A stretch of 64,000 nt of DNA from Podospora anserina (lineage: Eukaryota), in NCBI GenBank assembly GCA_017654855.1, contig CM030334.1:3844001-3908000 (forward strand), given 5' to 3'. Below are positions 61,054 through 64,000 of this stretch, in pieces; positions within the stretch are counted from its first letter, which is position 1, and each line of letters begins with the position of its first letter. The position numbers were made by a program, and so were the translations under genes. The notes beneath the pieces were generated by a model, which was not told the DNA's origin, made no database searches, and worked only from the letters and a program-made list of their open reading frames with translations.

Positions 61054-61926
61054 TTACGATATGGTTGCTACTGCAGCCTCCTTCTTCCACTTAAGTTGCT
61101 TGGGTGCCCGACAGTCCTTCTTAAAGTGTCCTGTCTTCCCACAGTTAAAACACTTGAGGTTATCCCTGCCCTGGCCCCAGCCCTGAGGCCTGTGTTGCTG
61201 AAAAGCGTCGACCTCTATAGGGCCTGCGTGGGTAGTGCTGGAGTAGCCAGTACTGGGGTATTGCCGTTTGCGCTTATCGTTGGAACGGTTGTTGCCGTAG
61301 TGACCCCGCGTATTGCCTCTCTTCTCCGTGCGACGCTGGAACTGCCTATCGTCGATACGTATGGCCATGGCGATATACTTGTCGATAGTGTCGGGTCTCG
61401 ACTTCATACATAACTCATCCTTTACTTCTTCCTTGAGGCCGTTGTAGAAAAACTGCATCAACCCCGCATCGTTGATTTTGCTGCGTAGGCTGTCGATCTT
61501 GAACGCAGCCGCGTAGTCGGCTGCTGAGCGTGTCTGGCGCAGGCTTGCGAGATTCTCCTGCGCACGCCTTTTCTCATCGTACTCTCCAAACACTTCCTTG
61601 AGTCTGCTGGCTGCGAACAGCACCTTGGACTCCTCGGTGGTGAACATGTCTGGGTAGTGACGAGAATAGGTCTTGAGCTGGATTGGGAACCCTCTAAGCT
61701 CCCCCTTCCCGCCGCCATAGCGCTCTGGTACCGGGAACTTAGCCACCTGTCTCGGGCCTGGGTGGATCGCAGTGATCTGATCCTCGGTCTGCTCGGTCCG
61801 GCCCTCGAGCTCTCGAATGCGTGCGATAAGCTGCTCGAAGGTGGAGATTTCCGATGCGGTGGTATGTCCCGTGGTGGGCGGCGTAGCAGTAACGCCTTCC
61901 ATCTGAACGTTCATGTGGTCGGCCAT
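61054..61926 (-). CDS. gag: Ty3/gypsy Gag (probably internally deleted)
   Basis: PERYGG, KVLFAASRL, LRQTRSAADYAAAF, FYNGLKEEVKDEL, GPIEVD and zinc knuckle CFNCGKTGHFKKDC. Confidence 0.88.
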   Translation of the reverse strand: MADHMNVQMEGVTATPPTTGHTTASEISTFEQLIARIRELEGRTEQTEDQITAIHPGPRQVAKFPVPERYGGGKGELRGFPIQLKTYSRHYPDMFTTEESKVLFAASRLKEVFGEYDEKRRAQENLASLRQTRSAADYAAAFKIDSLRSKINDAGLMQFFYNGLKEEVKDELCMKSRPDTIDKYIAMAIRIDDRQFQRRTEKRGNTRGHYGNNRSNDKRKRQYPSTGYSSTTHAGPIEVDAFQQHRPQGWGQGRDNLKCFNCGKTGHFKKDCRAPKQLKWKKEAAVATIS

Positions 61927-61984
61927 GGTGGTGGTAAGGTAGCATTCAACTTATCTGTGACAGAGTTAAAGTGAATATACAACA

Positions 61985-62707
61985 TATGACGAACCCCTAT
62001 CCAAAACCTCTAAAAGGGATAGTAGTCGAAGGCGCTTCAGAACAATCCTGGTTCGGTACAGCTAAACAGTGTACAACAATGGCTTGTCTCAATCACAATA
62101 ATCAAGATACCAACTGTGACAAGGGCTGCATATCAGGGCTTGGAACCGTGGTTCAATTCAGCTAATAATCTTCAATGGCCTCGAACAGCTTGATGAAGAA
62201 GAAGATTTAGGAATACAAATAGGTCCAGAGGACGCGTCTTTATCCATCATCAAGTGGTCCGTACCCTCAGGCCACTGCCAAGGCCTTTAATATAACCAGT
62301 TGACCAATACCTTTCCTTTGATAGCCGCGAGGCCCTTAATTGCCTCACTTCCAACCACTGGCTCACGGCGTGCAGGTAGATTGCAGTTGGGCCGTGGTGT
62401 GGCGTCACGGCTTGACACTTAGTGGGGCGCGGGGCGCACCACGGACCAATCAGAACAGGATCAATGGGATCGAGGATCGATCCAGGAGAGTCAACCCCAA
62501 AAGGGACAGTATCGATCACTTCTCCCAGCGTAGGCTCACCATGGATCACGGTGCCAAGAGTGATCCTGCGTCACCTTAGGATCACTTTGATCACCACGCT
62601 CCTAGCGCTCCCAGGCGCTCCACCTCCCATTGGTTCCTTTAACGATTGGCTGGGCACGTCCTCTGCCCCGCATACTCTTCAAACTGCCCGCTGGCTTAAC
62701 TGTGACA
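61985..62707 (-). repeat. LTR copy 2 (723 bp), 5' LTR relative to gag
   Basis: TATGACGAACCCCTATCC (G>A versus copy 1)...GGCTTAACTGTGACA; lies about 60 bp upstream of the gag ATG on the minus strand. Confidence 0.8.
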
Positions 62708-64000
62708 CTACGGCACGTTGTCACGAGATAAGTAGGGGCGGCTCGCTTCCATACCTTTCTAGGTAAGACGTATGCTTCGAGTCGATGCTCCGCCTCCCGA
62801 AGGAGAGTGCAGTCTTTAGATTCCCTGTCCGGTTAAGATTTCCACGCAGGTATGGGTCTCGGCCTTTGGGATTATACACAAACAGCACCCCAGCCGGAGC
62901 CGCCTAGCACTACGGTACATCACCACAATAGTGGTCTACATTGTGCTCCCATCTCCTAGCGGGCCTTCTTCCTCAACAAACCCCTCGTCTGCGGTGCATC
63001 AGCTTGTAAGATATCCTCCTTAATCTTCCAGACTTAGTAACAGTGGCCAGGGCAACTCCAGTTCAGCAAGGACGCGTTCGTGCATGCTAATGGGTGTCAC
63101 AATACATGTAAACTGGGATATAGCAATACAGTATCAGTCTATCTGCGTTTATATTACAACTAAGGACCTGACACTGGGTTGCATATAAGGTGTAGCGTTC
63201 GAAAGCGGATTGAATCCGGCGGAAATTTTGGAATCGGAGAACCTTAGGTATTTGAAGCGGTTTTAGTTTGGTGATACCATTAATTTTGTTATTCTGGTGG
63301 ACTTGTTATAAGTGTGGTGAGCGATGGCCTGGATCATAATGACCGGTATTTCCTATAAACTGGGACTGGCAGCTGAGGCCAGGGGAAACTGGATTGGACC
63401 GGTGAATTATCCCGAGAAGTTGTTATCCACGCATGTCTGCATTATGCAATCCTGTGGTACTGTAGTGGTAGCGGGAGTGGACGATGGCCACCCTCTGACC
63501 TAACACTCCTGATCAGGACTCGCCAGGTCTTGACCTCTTACATGCGCGAGAGATATAGTCCCGCCTTACGCTCCAGGAATCCAGTCAGATATTCATTTTC
63601 AAGAACCTTGGCATACGATGGGCGACGACAGTTTGTGGATGCCTGAAGGGACTTGACAAACCGGATATCTTACAGTACAATACTACAGTGACAACGATAC
63701 AGTATAAGGACAATGCTGGCAGCCGGCCCCGAGCGGACCTTCTTTTGAGTTTTGGCCGGTGGTCGCCCCCCCCTCCCCTCACGCCACCCACGGAAAATAC
63801 CGAGAATGCTCAACAACGGCAAGCAGGGTTTGTGGGTTCTCAGTCTCGCTTGCTTCTTTTTATCAACCGCGGCCCTGAAACGTAAGAACTCGGTTGTTAG
63901 TCATAGGTATCCGGGTTGTCGCGGCACTGTTACCAATTTTGAAGGAAAGATAATGCCGACGACACGGGGGTCGACCCCGCTCAACTGTACGACATCGCCA

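Larger units (their letters stand above)
59917..62707 (-). mobile_element. Decayed Ty3/gypsy LTR retrotransposon nest (gag, pol remnant, three related LTRs); possibly crapaud-like
   Basis: gag with a CCHC knuckle between related LTRs; TA-rich RIP-like remnant at about 60314-60550; no common TSD for the outer LTRs. Confidence 0.85.

Noticed and set aside
62719-63101. TGTCACG...TGTCACA segment that could be another solo LTR
   Set aside because: The flanking 5-mers (CACGT and ATACA) do not match and there is no second copy in the window.
1-64000. tRNA or 5S rRNA genes
   Set aside because: None recognised by eye. tRNAscan-SE or Infernal would be needed to exclude them.

Overview
Intron-containing eukaryotic DNA from a filamentous ascomycete. 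GT-AG introns with CTRAC branch sites, RIP-type C>T damage and the gene content point to Sordariales, Podospora-like (inference). The ORF track ignores introns, so I rebuilt gene models by hand. 1-32 kb is mostly housekeeping: PRM1 (partial), mitoribosomal bL28m, a HAUS4-like augmin subunit, mitochondrial aspartate aminotransferase with a 3-nt micro-exon, a CFEM protein, an NADP alcohol dehydrogenase, a secreted beta-propeller, a large acidic protein, a sugar-porter pseudogene, a membrane-anchored DPBB protein, a KLAP1-like zinc-finger protein, Yos9/OS-9 and a Zn2Cys6 factor. 32.8-48.7 kb is a three-gene extracellular-siderophore cluster (ABC-B exporter, GNAT acetyltransferase, SidD/NPS6-type NRPS). 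It carries repeated ATCWGATAA SreA-type boxes and a long, apparently structured intron in the GNAT gene. 49-64 kb is accessory. It holds a damaged Tea1/Kel1 kelch paralog, a tandem pair from an uncharacterised Cys/His-knuckle family (one intact, one pseudogene), a secreted tandem beta/gamma-crystallin-like protein, a frameshifted orphan and a nest of Ty3/gypsy LTR fragments with a TSD-flanked solo LTR.
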